Positions 13,421-26,901 of a stretch of 64,000 bases of DNA are shown one piece after another. The stretch's first letter is position 1. Every line of letters starts with the position of its first letter. Under the pieces are notes generated by a model. The model saw only the letters and a list, made by a program, of their open reading frames with translations. It was not told the DNA's origin and did no database searches. The DNA is from Geosiphon pyriformis uo1. Lineage: Eukaryota > Fungi > Glomeromycota. The stretch is taken from NCBI GenBank assembly GCA_016748015.1, contig JAAOMT010000762.1, positions 186,001 to 250,000 on the forward strand, given 5' to 3'. Both the position numbers and the translations under genes were made by a program.

Positions 13421-16400
13421 AATTTGTTAAGTAACCAAATCAGTTTTTTATGATTTATATATAGGTTAAATAATTAGTGAAAATAATATTTCCAGTTTTA
13501 TATAGCCCAGTAAATGACAAAACATTTTAGATCAATAGTACTATATATTTTTTTAGTGATACTAATATTGTAACTAGTATATATAATTAGATGTTTTTAA
13601 TTGTTCAGTTTAATTTGTGATAAAATAGTTCCTAGTGTATTTTTCGAAATTTTTGTAGCTATAATAAAGTGCTTATTAAAGTTTAGATAAATCAAGATTG
13701 AAGCTTTAATAAGTTGTTGTTTAAGATAGTTAAAAGTTTTTTGCTGGTTAGTTTTTTATATATATAAGACATGTTTTGATAATAAGTAATAAAAAGATTT
13801 GGCAATTTTAAAAAAGCCTTTAACAAATTAGCAATAATATTTTACTAATCTCAGAAATTTTTTTAGTTCTTGCAAATTGGTTGGAGCTGAAAAAATTTTT
13901 ACTTTCTGAACTTTATTGAGATTTAATTTTACTTTATTTTTGCTAATTATATGTTCCAAAAATTTTAGTTCAGTTTTTTCAAAAAATATTTACTAAGATT
14001 AAATTTTAGTCTTGCATTTTGTAGGCAATTAAAAACTTGTTAGAAATAAAGCAAATGATTATTGAAAGTTTTAAAAAATACATTAGTATTATCTAAATAT
14101 ACTATAACTAATTTCTAAAGAATTCTTTTGTATATGATATTTATCAAATATTAAAAGATAGTTAAAGTATTACAGAATTTAAAAAACATTACATTAAACT
14201 CAAAATTTTTATCTTGAGTAGTAAACAACGTTTTTTTTTGTTCATATAATTTATTTTAACTTATTAATATCTACTAATAAAATTTAAAAATAAGAATTAT
14301 TTTTTATTTTCTAAATTATCCAGAATTTTTTGAATAAAAAAAATCAAGTAGCTATCTTTTTAAGTGATACTATTAAGTTTTTAATAGTTTATACAAAAAT
14401 AAATTTTTTTATTCTTTTTGGTAATTAACATAACAAATAAAAATTAAGAGCTTAGTAATTTTTTAATTAATTTGTTATTTAATATTTGTTGTATTTTCTG
14501 TTTAATTAAGTTGTTACTATTTGGGATTACTTGATAAGCTTATTGTTTAATGAGTCTGGTATTACCAAAGTCAATCTTATGTTTTATAATATTGGTGTGT
14601 TCAAATTTGTTTTTACTAACAAAAATATTAACATATTGGTTTAAGAAAATCTTAAATTGTATTTGCTGTAAAGTACTTAAGTTTTTCAAGTTCAGTTTAT
14701 TAATTTCTTTTGTAGTGAATAAATAACTTTTTTTCTACAAATTTTATACTTGTAATATCACAAAATAAGAACAGTTATGTAAAATTTAAAATAAATTGGA
14801 GTTTTTTGGAATTTTAAATGTTTATAGAAATAGAACCAATAAGAATTTCTTTGGAAATCTTAATAACAACTTTGGTAGAGTTGTGAATAAAGATTTTGAA
14901 ATGTTTATAAGCTTTAACAAATATATACAGATTAAAGATATTGGCTAAAAAACAAATTTTTGGAATCACTTTAAATAGTAGAACTTAATTCTGAATTTTT
15001 TGATTAATTTTTAAAGTATATTATTAATATAAGGAAATAAACATAATTATATTAGTGTAGATAAATTTTATCTGGTCATTGGCATTTTTCACAAAATTAA
15101 TTTGTACAATTTTTTTTATTTGACCTAAATTCTTGAATTTTTTAAGCAATAAGACCTAATTTTTTATATGTAATTATAAAAATTAGTTAAAAATTTTTTA
15201 CAAAAGATAGAAAAATAATTTGTATAACTTTTTCTTGTAATTTGATCATATAAGACTTATTATAATTGTTTTAAAGAATTATGATTATATTTTCAGTATA
15301 TTTAACATTAATTATTTTTTCTTTAACATTAATTTTTTTGTTTACAAGATTAAACTAGAATACAATTTGGATTATAGTGTTAATAATAATTTTTAAAGCT
15401 AATTTGAGATCTATTTTTAAAAAGAACTAAGGTGCTATAATTATAAGAAATTATCTAAAATATTTTAAATTAAATTCAGTATTATTTGCATATGCTTTTT
15501 TGAAACATATTTTTTTATTGTTATTATTATATTATTTTAGTTTTAATTTTTTGGAGAGATTAAAATATGTAAGATATTGTTCTATTTTGGTAGCCATATT
15601 TGATTTTGAAACTTTATATTTTTTGTTGCTAATACATACTTTTTCTTAAGTTTTGCAAGTTTTAAGATAATATATAGTGTTTATAAGAGTAGATTAAACA
15701 AAAAATCACACTTATTACAATACTGAAAATAACAAAAAATCAAACAATGGTCACATATTTTTGTATTAAAGTCGATTAGTCTTTGTTTTTATTTTTTTTG
15801 AGTAGAGACAAGTTTTTAATACCAGTCTTAGAGTATTAGTAAATAAATTATTTATCTTTTTAATAGTTATTAGAACATTTTTTATGATATTTATTTCTTC
15901 AATTATGAATTTTTTTTATTTTGTTGTGGCCATTTTCCAAATTTTTTTTTATTATAAAGATATAAATTCAGTTGGTTTATTGCTTAATTACAGACTACAG
16001 TAAATAAAGTTTTTTTTCAAGTCCAATTATTAATTAGAATAGTGTATTTACAGAATTTGTTACATGTTTTTCTTCTGTTAAAAACATTATTTCATAGTTT
16101 TTTATTTGATAAAATTTTTTACATATAAAACATAGCATATTATTTTATTTGTTTTGCTGTTTTGGCCATTTAAATTATTCTAATACACAAAATCAACAAT
16201 AATATCTGGTGGCAGTTGGCCATACTTCATCATCTTTAATGCATATACCTATTAAAACTAATTTTTTTTTACAGTTAACACAGATTAATTTCGAGAGTTA
16301 ATATGATTAATTTTATTAATTTAGATTTAGGTAGATTGGTATTGATGCTTAAAGTTTTTTGTTAAATTTTTTTTTGTCTTTTTTTTTTTATGTAAAAAAT

Positions 16401-19400
16401 AATGGTAGATTTGTTTTAAAATTGTCTATTCAAGAAACTTGGTAAGTTTTCAAAATTAGTTGGAGGTTGAGTTTTTCGAATACAATTAAAAATTGTTCTA
16501 AAACTGTGTTTTTGAAATGTTTATGTATAACTGGTACTCTAGTATGTTGTATGTTTTAATTTAGTGTTGTGTAAGTTTTTAATAATTAATTATTTCTTAT
16601 AAGAGCTTAATATTAGGTGGCTTTTATAATAAGTACTTTAGTTAAGATTTCTATTTTATTAATTTTAAATAGAAAATTGTCAATTTTTTTTATTAGTGTT
16701 TTGGTATTTTTATTTGCAATAATTATTCTAGTGATGATTACACAATTTATTTGGTAACTTAATTAATTTATAAACTGTTTTATAATTATACTGCTTACTA
16801 ATCTACTATTAAGTATTAGTTTAATATTCATTTGTCTTACTTTAATATTAGTGTATATTATTATAATTAGTTTGTTCTAATTTCTAACAGCTTTGTTAAA
16901 AAAATTAGTAATGTTTAAATTGTTAATATTAAACAGAAATATGACAGCTAGTGTATTATTTTTAGTAATAATGATAGAAAAAATTGTATTAATGATCTAA
17001 TTGTTGTTAGAAAAAGAAGAATTGGTAATTTTTACTACAGATTTTCTTTTTAAAAATATAGTATTATCAAACTTTGAAGTTTTTATAAAACCAAGATATA
17101 AGGCTTGGTTTAAATATTCTGTTGGGATTGCTCAAAGTAGTAGATTACTATGATTTATAAGTTGAATTGGTCCACTAAAGAGTTGTATCTAATTTTTATT
17201 GTTGTTTTATTATTCTTGATTGTAGTTAATAGTTTATAATTTTGAATTATTGTATAATAAAGCTTAATATTAAAGTGGTGTCTATAATATTGCTAATAAA
17301 GATTGTAATAATTTGGTAGTAATTAAAATAAATATAGAGATTGTTAATATAAAAGTGCTGAATATTAAAATTCTGTAAATTAAAAATATCTGAATTGTTA
17401 TTAATATTGGTTTCTATAGTTTTAATCTAAGATTTTTTTGCAATAATCTCTTATAATATGTTCAGATTTTTAATAATAATAGCAATTATGCAGATTTTAT
17501 TTTTAAAGTTGCTATTGTTGATAATTGTTGGTATTTTTTTTATGTTATAGTAATTGATAAGTTTCAGAATTTTTTGTTAAGAATCTTTTAATTTTTTGAG
17601 TCGGTTTTTTACTTAATTGGGTAAATTTTGTATTGATATCTGATGTTTTGTTTATAATCAAATTGACAGTTTGAATGTGATTGGCTTTTTGTTTTACTAG
17701 TTTAAAGTTACAAACAAGTATTATAGCTTTTTGTAAGTTACTAAAATGTTAAATTTTAATATATCAAAAAATACTGTTTTTTAATCTCTTGATAAATTGC
17801 TTGAGAATTTAATCTAAGATGTAATAATCTTTTTTAATTACCTAAATTTGATAAAGAATTTAATTTAATTTTTCAAAATAAGTAGTTACAGCTTTATGAT
17901 TTTTTTGTTTTATCATGCTAAATTGATTTTGCAGTTTAATAAGTGTATTTAGATCACAAAAATACTATAAAAAGGCAAGTTTAAAGATAATAAAATTAGT
18001 TGGTTTCTTATTAAAACTTTGGTATTACAAGTCTACAGTTCTAATCAAGAAAAAAAATAAGGCTTGTATTGTTTTAGCCTTGTTCTAATTGTTAACTATA
18101 ATTGTTTTTTTGGCTTTTACAATCCAAATATATGTATTTTTTTTTTATTGAAAAATTTTTTCAGTCTAATAATATCTTTATAAGTTATAATCTGAGTGAT
18201 AAGAATTTGTTTAATTGTTAACAAAAAAAATATTAATAGAAATATGTTTGGTTGTTTTGTTAAACTTAATATTAATTATTTTTTTTTGTTGATAGGAATA
18301 ATAGTTTGTTATATAGATATTGCTCTTAAAAAAATAGTTGTTAATTCAGTTAAAAACAGTGCTAAAGATTGTGTTTAAGAAGAAATATTTTTGACTGGAT
18401 TACTAAGTGCTAGAGTAAGACTTTTAAATATGACTTTATATTTTTTTAGAGATTTAATCCAAAAATTTTGATTAGAATTTTAAAAGTACAGATTTTTAAG
18501 AGTTCTTGAAGTTTTTGCTTGTGATTTAATAAGTTGATTAAACAAAATTCTGCTTTTCAAAATTTAATAATATAAAAAAGTTATTAATAAGAGAAATCTT
18601 GATTTTTTATTGACTATAAGTAGAGTTTTTTCTTGTGTAATTTGTATATTATTGTTTGAATCAAACTCAGATTCTTTAGAGTCAAATTTTAATGTTTGTT
18701 TTATTTTCCACTGAAGATATTAGTTTTGGATATATATTTCGATTTTTTTGTTAATTAAAGCAAAAATCTCAGTTATAACTTGTATAGTAATTGAAGTTAA
18801 ATATATTAATAATTGTTAATGAATTTGTTTTTCAAGTTTTTTTGTATTAATTGTTCAGTTTAGTAGATAATTGATTTTAGCATATACATAGTAACAAAAA
18901 TTGCTTTTTATGATAACAGTTTTTGTTAGTATTCTTAAATCTTTTCTAAAGTGTTAAAATAATGCTTTTCTAAATAGTAAGTAATCTTTTTTAGTTTTAA
19001 TAATCACCACTTTTATGAATTTCTGGAGTGCTCTGTTTCTATAAATTTTTTAATCTTACAAAGAACACTAAATGTTATAAATAAACTTGGTAGAATATAA
19101 TAGTAATATTTAATGTTCTATATTTGAGTTAAGAAGCTTGAGAAGTTTTTTTGTTTGATATAAAAGATGAGTTGAAGTTATCAGTCTCTGAAAATTTTTG
19201 ATAGATGTAAATTTACCTGTGGAGTTTTTTGGTTATAAAACACAGAAATATGATTTGTTTATTTGTAGCTTGATATATATAAATTATTTTTTCCAAGTTT
19301 ATTAAACATAATTATTAGAATTTAATGTTATCTTTTTGTTTTTTTGATAAACTAACAAAACAAAATAAATATTTAAATCTAGAAAGAGCTTTTTTTTATC

Positions 19401-20073
19401 AAGTTATCACAAAGTCTATTTTCAAACAGTTAATTTTTTAATGTTGTTGCTTTACAAAAAGAAAAAAAAAAAAAAGAAAAAAAAAAAGTTAATATTATCA
19501 ATTACTATAATTAAAAGTAATTGGTTTAAGTTATTAAAGTTTCAAAGCTGTTTATACTAAGAACATCTAGTCTAAAATTAGGATAAGAAAAATGATTAAT
19601 TTGATTTTAATAATACAAATTCAGAAATTATATACAAGTAGATTGAATAATATCTTTATTTAATAAGAAATAGAAAAATATAGAAAAAAAAAATAAAAAG
19701 TTTTTATTAAGTTAAAAATAAAATATATTTTGAAAAAAAGCAGTTTTTGTTTTTTGTTTATTTTTTTTATTTGCTAAAGCTACTTATTTTTATACATATT
19801 TTTTAATTTTACAAGATTGTTTTTAATTGTTTATTATAATTAGCTATTGCTTATTATTTTTGTTATTGCTTTATTTTTTTATATTATAATTAATTATTTT
19901 ATATTATAACTAATTATTCTGTGCTATTTTATATTATTGTGTATTATCTTGTATTATTTTAAATTATTATGAATTATTCTGTATTATTTCATATTATTAT
20001 GTTTTTTTATGTTATTATATTTTATTTATGTCTTTTTAATAGCTTTTAGATTGGCTTTTTTACTTAAATAACA
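13421..20073 (-). mobile_element. Ty3/gypsy element, LTR type D copy 1, heavily decayed, 3'-truncated in RNase H
   Basis: Colinear with 55450-62812: LTR 19073-20073, gag ~17400-19010, protease ~16600-16950, dUTPase ~15110-15545, RT/RNase H ~13421-14700. Confidence 0.87.
19073..20073 (-). repeat. 5' LTR, type D (1001 bp)
   Basis: TGTTATTTAAGTA...TATAACA on the minus strand; matches solo LTR 41442-42441; decayed PBS follows. Confidence 0.87.
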
Positions 20074-21300
20074 CTATTTTTTAAGATATACAAACTGTTT
20101 TAAGATAAAAAAACAATATTTTATTACTATTATTTAAAGATAATATCTAAGATCCAATTAAATAATTGAATAATTTTGAAAAAACAGTTACTACTAACCA
20201 ATATAATATTAAATACAAATTCCAAATTATTGGTGGTTATTTTTAAGACTCTTTTGTTATCTGGTTTTTATAAAAAACTAATGTTAATTATCAAATAAAT
20301 ATCAACATATATTGAAAAAAAAACACTTTTTTTACTATTTGGTTTAAAAACAAATTTAAAACTTTAATCTTAATTTCCAAATAATATATAAAATTGAAAA
20401 AAAAATTTAAGGTCTAAGAAAAATAGTAATTGAATATGCTAAGACAATAAGAAAACTTATCAAATAAATAGACTTTGGAAAAACTTAAACAAAAAAACAA
20501 AAAATATATTCTTTTATAAAAGGATTAAAAACTTATTTTTTATATACTTTTTGGTCTTTTTTGATTTTAAAAAATAATTTTACTATAGATATGACTATTA
20601 AACTTGTTTAAAAAATTAAAAACAACGAAAAACTACATTTGGAATTTACACTTCTAGTTTTTGTTCCTGTTTTTGTTATGATTTTTGCATTTTAAATAAC
20701 TGCTATTTTATTTGCTATCCAAATTTAAGATCTTAATAAACAATTAATAAACAAACTTATAGTTAATTTTGTTTAATTGCTAGAATTTTTAGTTCAAATA
20801 ATTAAAAATAATTAACAATTACAAAGACCTAAATTTGAATCTTATTTTAATCAGTTTTAATAATTAGTATATTAAAAACAGGAAAACTATGACTTACTTA
20901 TGTGCTATTATTGTGAATTAACTAAATATTTTTTAAGAGATTACAACAATTTTTTATTGCTTTTTTTAGTTTTTAGAAACAATAATACTTTTAACCAAAA
21001 ACTTAATTATATTAACATTAATTTTTTAGTTAAAGCCATTGTTTATTAATTTTTAAACAAGTAAATATATTTTTAAAGAGTAAAAATATAAGTCAACTAA
21101 AAAAAAATTTTTTTTATACTTTAACTTAACTAATAATAACTATAATATAGATAAACTGGTTATCAATTTTTCTAATTTAATAAAAAAAAAAGTCAAGATT
21201 AATTTTGTATTGAATTTTAATAAAGTTTCTATATTAATTGCTAATAACAATAAATCATTAAAAGCAAAAATTTTCAAAAATCTTTCAAAATTAGAAGTTA
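20074..21300 (+). mobile_element. Highly decayed gag fragment of a type B-like element
   Basis: Aligns by eye to 39990-41270 (e.g. KYKFQIIGGY; DLNKQLINKL). Confidence 0.8.
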
Positions 21301-23220
21301 ATAATTAATTATTATATTTTATTTTTTATTATATTTATAATTATTTAATATTTTAAATTACTTTTTTTTGTTTTTTAAAGTTTTTATTAATTTATATGTT
21401 CTTTTAAATATTGTTTTATAAAATATTGTTTTAGTAATAATTTTATTTAAATAAATTAAATAATAAATTCAATTTTATTAAATAGCTATTTAATTTTTAT
21501 TGGTTTTAATAACTTAATTACTTTAATTTTACTTTTTTATTAATATAAATTACAATTTTTATATATTAAATTATATTTAAATATATATTTAACCAATAAT
21601 AATAATTAATTATATATTGAATAATTGTTTTTTTTTCAAAGTAATCTAAATATATATTAAATAAAATAGTTTTTTTTATTATAATTATAACTCTTAATAA
21701 ATTATTTAAATTTTGTTAATTATAATAATAAAATATGTAATTTTAAAATAAAATAATGTTTTAATAACTTTTAAAACTTAATTAAATTTTTTATTAATAT
21801 ATTTTTAATTAATTATAATATTTTTAAATATTGATTAAAATTTTTGTAAAAATAATTATTTATTGTTTTTGTGTTAGTAGTTATTTAATAATTTATATAT
21901 ATCTTATTTATAACAAACAATTAATATTAATATTTTGAATATTTTTTTTATATTTTATAATATAATTATATAATGTTAATATTTTTGATTATTTAACATA
22001 TTTTTTTGTTAATATTTTTTTGCTTTTCAATTAAACCAAATTTTTATAATTTGTAATAATATTAAATAATTTGTAAAACAAATATGTTAAAAAGAAAACA
22101 CAATTTCAAATTATTATTAAGTATTTTAATTATGTATTATATAATTCTGTTTTATTATATTAAAACTTTTATTAATATAAATAATTACATGTTCTTTTTT
22201 ATTATTATTTTTTGAAAATAAAACAATACCAAATTTAGTTTTAAAAATATTTATAATTAAAATAATTTTTTATTAAATTTTAAATAAATTATTATTGAAA
22301 CTTCAATAAATTTTTATTTAAGATAATTAAAAACTTTTTACTATATTTTTATTTATTTAAATTTTATATTTTTAGATAATAAGTAATTAAGAAATTTGGC
22401 AATTTTTAAGAATTTTTTCACAAAATAATAGTGGTAAAATATAAATTTTAAAAATTCTCTTATTTTTGTATATTTTAAAATATTAAAAAGTTTTTTATTT
22501 TGTTTATTTTTAATAAATTTGGTTTTATTTTATCTTTTTTAACTATATGTTTTAAGAATGCTAATTTATTTTTTTAAAAAAACATTTTTTTAAATTTAAT
22601 TTAAGTTTAATATATCTTAATTTTTCAAAAACTTGTTGTAAATTTTGTAAATAATTCATGAATGTCAATAAGAAAGCATTTGTATTGTTTAAATAAACAA
22701 CAACAAATTGCTATAAAATTCTTAAATAAATTATGTCTATTAATCTTTAAAATATTATAGAGATATTAGTTAATTTAAATAATATTAGATTGAACTTATA
22801 ATTGCTATTTGTGTGGTAAATGGTGTTTTGTGTTTGTTTTTAAGTTTATTTCAATCTGCCAGTAGAAAACCATTTTGTTCTTTCAAAAACATCAAAAATT
22901 TCACCCTTAATAGTTGTTTTATCTGCTTGTTATTCAAATTCGTAACAATATTACATAGAAATAATAATTATAACCCAAATGTAAGTGTATAAAGAAAACA
23001 TATAAAATCTTACTAATTTACAGATTTCAATAATAATTTATAATTTCAATTATTATAATATTTGGTGAGCCCAGCATTTAAGAAATACTTATAACAAAGA
23101 ATGATCTGCTTTGCCAACATTCGTTCTATTTATAGATATAGCCACCTTTGTAGTTTCGGAATTCTTAACCTTTCTTTTTTTTTTTACCACTTTCTTTCCC
23201 TCAAGAGAAAATCTTAAATC

Positions 23221-24711
23221 ATGAGTGGAATATTTGACGTGGCGCTTGACGATTATGCTAACACCACCAATAAAGCAAAACATAGAAGGGAAGTATCTTT
23301 TTCCCGAAGAGGAGGAAGGAGTCACGCTCCAACGTTGGAAGCTAACTCTTCAAGCCGAACCAGCCGATTTAGAACTGCCCCTTATTACAATCGCTCGGTG
23401 AGACTTTTACTGCTTGTGCAATTATCTGCATTGATATCTGTTTTTTGAGAAGAATCATTATTGGGTTTATTTAGAATCTTCAGGTGGCGATGCTGGTGCA
23501 GCTTCTTCTCGTTCCGTTTGGGCCAAAATGATTGACGATCGAGCTTGGTCGTTCGTCAAACAAAATTGGCCGAAATATGCTGATAAATAACCCGAAAACT
23601 TCGGTTTTACTGAAAATTCTCGACACGTTTGTTCACAGCGTTTTCCTAGAGGCGATATTAATAGCCAATGGTCCCACGACCTATATGATGATGGGGATTC
23701 ACACGGGCCTCTTTCTTCAAGCAAAAGTATTACTCGATCGGGATCATATTCAAGTGGCAATCCCAAATTACTTGTGGAGAACTTATTTTATGAAGTGACT
23801 CAAGATGATCTTGAGGTAGGAATTTTTCAGTAGTCATAGCAAACGACATCAATTATTTATTAACAAGGTTTTTTATTTAAATATAATTCAGACATTATTC
23901 TCAAAGATTGGGGCTATTAAAAAGGTTTTTTTACATTATGACCGGGCCGGAAGAAGTCTTGGAGTTGCCGATATCACTTTTGAAGACTCTGCAGATGCTG
24001 CTGCCGCTTTGCGAAAGTATAACGGAACAATGTTAGAAGGTAAAGTGTGATCATTCAATTTTTCTTCAAAAGTTTACCTATAATTTGATTATTTCATCAA
24101 ATTAAGAATCATTCCTATATTCAAAACATAGGTCAAGAGATGAGAATAAAGTATGCTGCATTCAAAGCATCATCTAAATTTTCAAATAATCGTGGAGCGA
24201 CTTCAACTTCTGAGGGTGGATCTGTCTTTGATCGCCTCGGTGGTTTTCGTAACACTTCAAGGTAACTTCATAATAAATCTTTAGCTTATAAAATAAGGCC
24301 AGATGAAATATTATATTTACGTTGATTTACTTTTAAGATAGAATTTTAATATCTCCAACTTTTTTTTCTTTTAATTAGCTTATCCCAGAATAGGACAACA
24401 GCTCGCAGCAACCTCCGAGGAAGATTGGGACGAGGGTCTAATACTTCTGGGATTTCGAGTAGTGATGTACGCTCTGGCAAGAATTTGGATGGTAAATGGA
24501 AAACAATTCAAAGAAAAACTGTAACATACGATGATTTGGACGCTGATTTAGATGCTTATATGGCTGTCGAAGTATAAATCCATCATTATTAGAATTTGTC
24601 TGATTTCATTTATCCTTTAATTTTAATCTTTTATACTTTTATAATCAGACACCAGTTGTTGAAAAAAGTAACAACGCTATCAAAAATGGGGACAAGATGG
24701 ATATATCCTGA
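23221..24711 (+). CDS. YRA1: ALYREF/THOC4/Yra1-family mRNA export adaptor (RRM). Exons 23221-23397, 23639-23815, 23892-24039, 24132-24261, 24379-24571, 24649-24711 (~295 aa); 276 aa if the last intron is retained (stop 24575-24577)
   Basis: N-terminal MSGIFDVALDDY and C-terminal DDLDADLDAYM (UAP56/Sub2-binding motifs), WSHDLY motif, RRM KLLVENLFYEVTQDDLE-TLF..HYDRAGRSLGVADITF..KYNGTMLEG; all introns GT-AG and in phase. Confidence 0.92.
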
Positions 24712-25979
24712 TTGCTTATTCAAACCGGAGGGTGTTAAATTCAAATATCCACATGATATTAATATATTTCATTAAAATGGTATATGTTTGGTAGGAAGCT
24801 CCTTTTGTTTCTTGAATTTAAAAATTAAATATATATGATTTCTTTTCATAGATTTTTGTAGTCATTATCTTACGACTAATGATTAAATAAAATCTTTGTC
24901 CTTTAAAGAAATTCAGTATTTTATGGTACAGTATTGAAATAAGATGATGTCAGCATTTCTTATGCATCATTATCATTATCATCACCGCAACCTCGACGGA
25001 TCAACAGCGTGAGACAAATACTGTAATGGGCTACACATTTAGAGCCAAAAAACTTTTGATGTCGCTGAAAGTGTTTGTCATCATAAATACAAATTCCTAG
25101 TCGTTAACTGACACAACACACAATTTAGCAGCTACGTAGCTTCTATTCTTGGCTTATTGACACGAAATTCCCGAATAAAAGAAAATGTTATGCGACAAAT
25201 AATCATTTTTATTTTAGTAAGGCCCCTTGTCGGCAATTAGAAAATAACAGTAGGGTTCACTGTTCACAACAGAAAAGTCATCTTTTATTTTGTGGCGCAC
25301 ATTCCTTCTTTCCGCCTTCCTTACCACTAACCGCTAACCGCTATTATAATATCTCGGTTTGTCTTTTTCTTTTTTCCTCATTGATTATTATATGAATATA
25401 AATTAACGAAAAATGAAAACTCGTGTGTTTTCTTTAGCATCTTTTTTACTTTTATTTGCTCTGAAGTTCGTGTTCTCCCTTCTTTCACCACGATCGTCGC
25501 TATCAAAAATTTTTCAGTCCTAAATAAAATTTATCTTTTCTTTTTACTTCTCAGCTCCTTTTTTTCCTTGACAAGTGTCGTTCTAATAACCTATTATCCA
25601 AACAACGATAATTTCGGTTCACAGCCTTTGCCACTTTAACTTCAGCCCATGAGTCTTTGCACAAACGCTGCTGCATCTTTGTAATTTAAAATAAAGACAC
25701 TGGATACTAAATGTACGTTTGTAGTTTCCTTAGTTACCCTTCATAACACATACTAATCACCCTTGACCTTCCACTCTACCACGGGAATAAACATATCTTC
25801 ACTGGTGATTTGCGGATTTTGGTTTATTCGGCCTTCGTCAACCTGTTTTATCCACTTCTCCCTACTTCACCCCAAACTTGTGTATATATAACTTTCTCTT
25901 TTCTCTATTCTCAGTAGCAGGAGGTCCAACAGTGAAATCGTATAATCTTATATTCATTGAATAATACAGTAGGTATTCA

Positions 25980-26811
25980 ATGGGGCAAGGCTCTTCAACC
26001 TCTTCAAATAATCATGATCACGAGGGGGATATCATTATGGTATCAGATGATTCTGAACCAGAAAATTATCATGATGAATTTCAAAATCCTGAGCTCTCTA
26101 ATAATCAAGAGGAAATAAATCCAAATTCAAGAAGTATCCATAGTCAAAATATTCATACTAATGAACAGGCTCCAGCTCTCATCTCTCAAAATGGCTCTCA
26201 AAGGGTCCTGCGAATGACGCCAGCTCGTCGTAGACGACAGTTATCCAATCTTTATCCTTTTTATCCACCCGCAGCAACTACCAATCAAACTCAGGTTCCT
26301 CTCGGTCGTCCTTTGAATCGCCATCAGCGTATGCATAATTCAGCCGTTGACGATGTTTCAAATTCCCCAAGACAAACTGATGGAATATCCCCTAATATGC
26401 TACGTAGAAGCCACACAAGATCTTCATCAAGCTATAGCTCGAGAGAGCAAGCCGATACCTCCAATCGAGAAAGCAACTCGCGTCGACGTTCAGTTTCATC
26501 TTCGGCTTCTGTAGATGACTTTTGCCTTCCACGGACCAGATCTTTAGATTGCGATTCGCCTAATTCAGATATTTTATCGACGTGGCCAACGTTTTATCCC
26601 AATGGTCATCAAGGTTCTCGTAGGTCTGGCATTCATCGAGGATCTCAAATAAATCAGTACAGCTCAACTGCTTCATTGATCAATGACCCGCCCGAAACTA
26701 GCACATCCTCATCCAACAGTAGTACTCAAACTGATCCATTGGGATCATCGAATTCCTCACGCCCCAGACGCTCCAGAACCCACAGGCTTTTCAATTTGGG
26801 AGGTGGTTCAG

Positions 26812-26901
<90 letters not shown>

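Noticed and set aside
23528-23583. Possible intronic box C/D snoRNA (ATGATT...CTGA)
   Set aside because: Box C is imperfect, there is no terminal stem and the interior is tied up in a hairpin; an Rfam scan would settle it.
23467-23798. ORFs 23467-23766(-) and 23532-23798(+)
   Set aside because: Shadows of ALYREF intron 1 and exon 2; the conserved frame is different.
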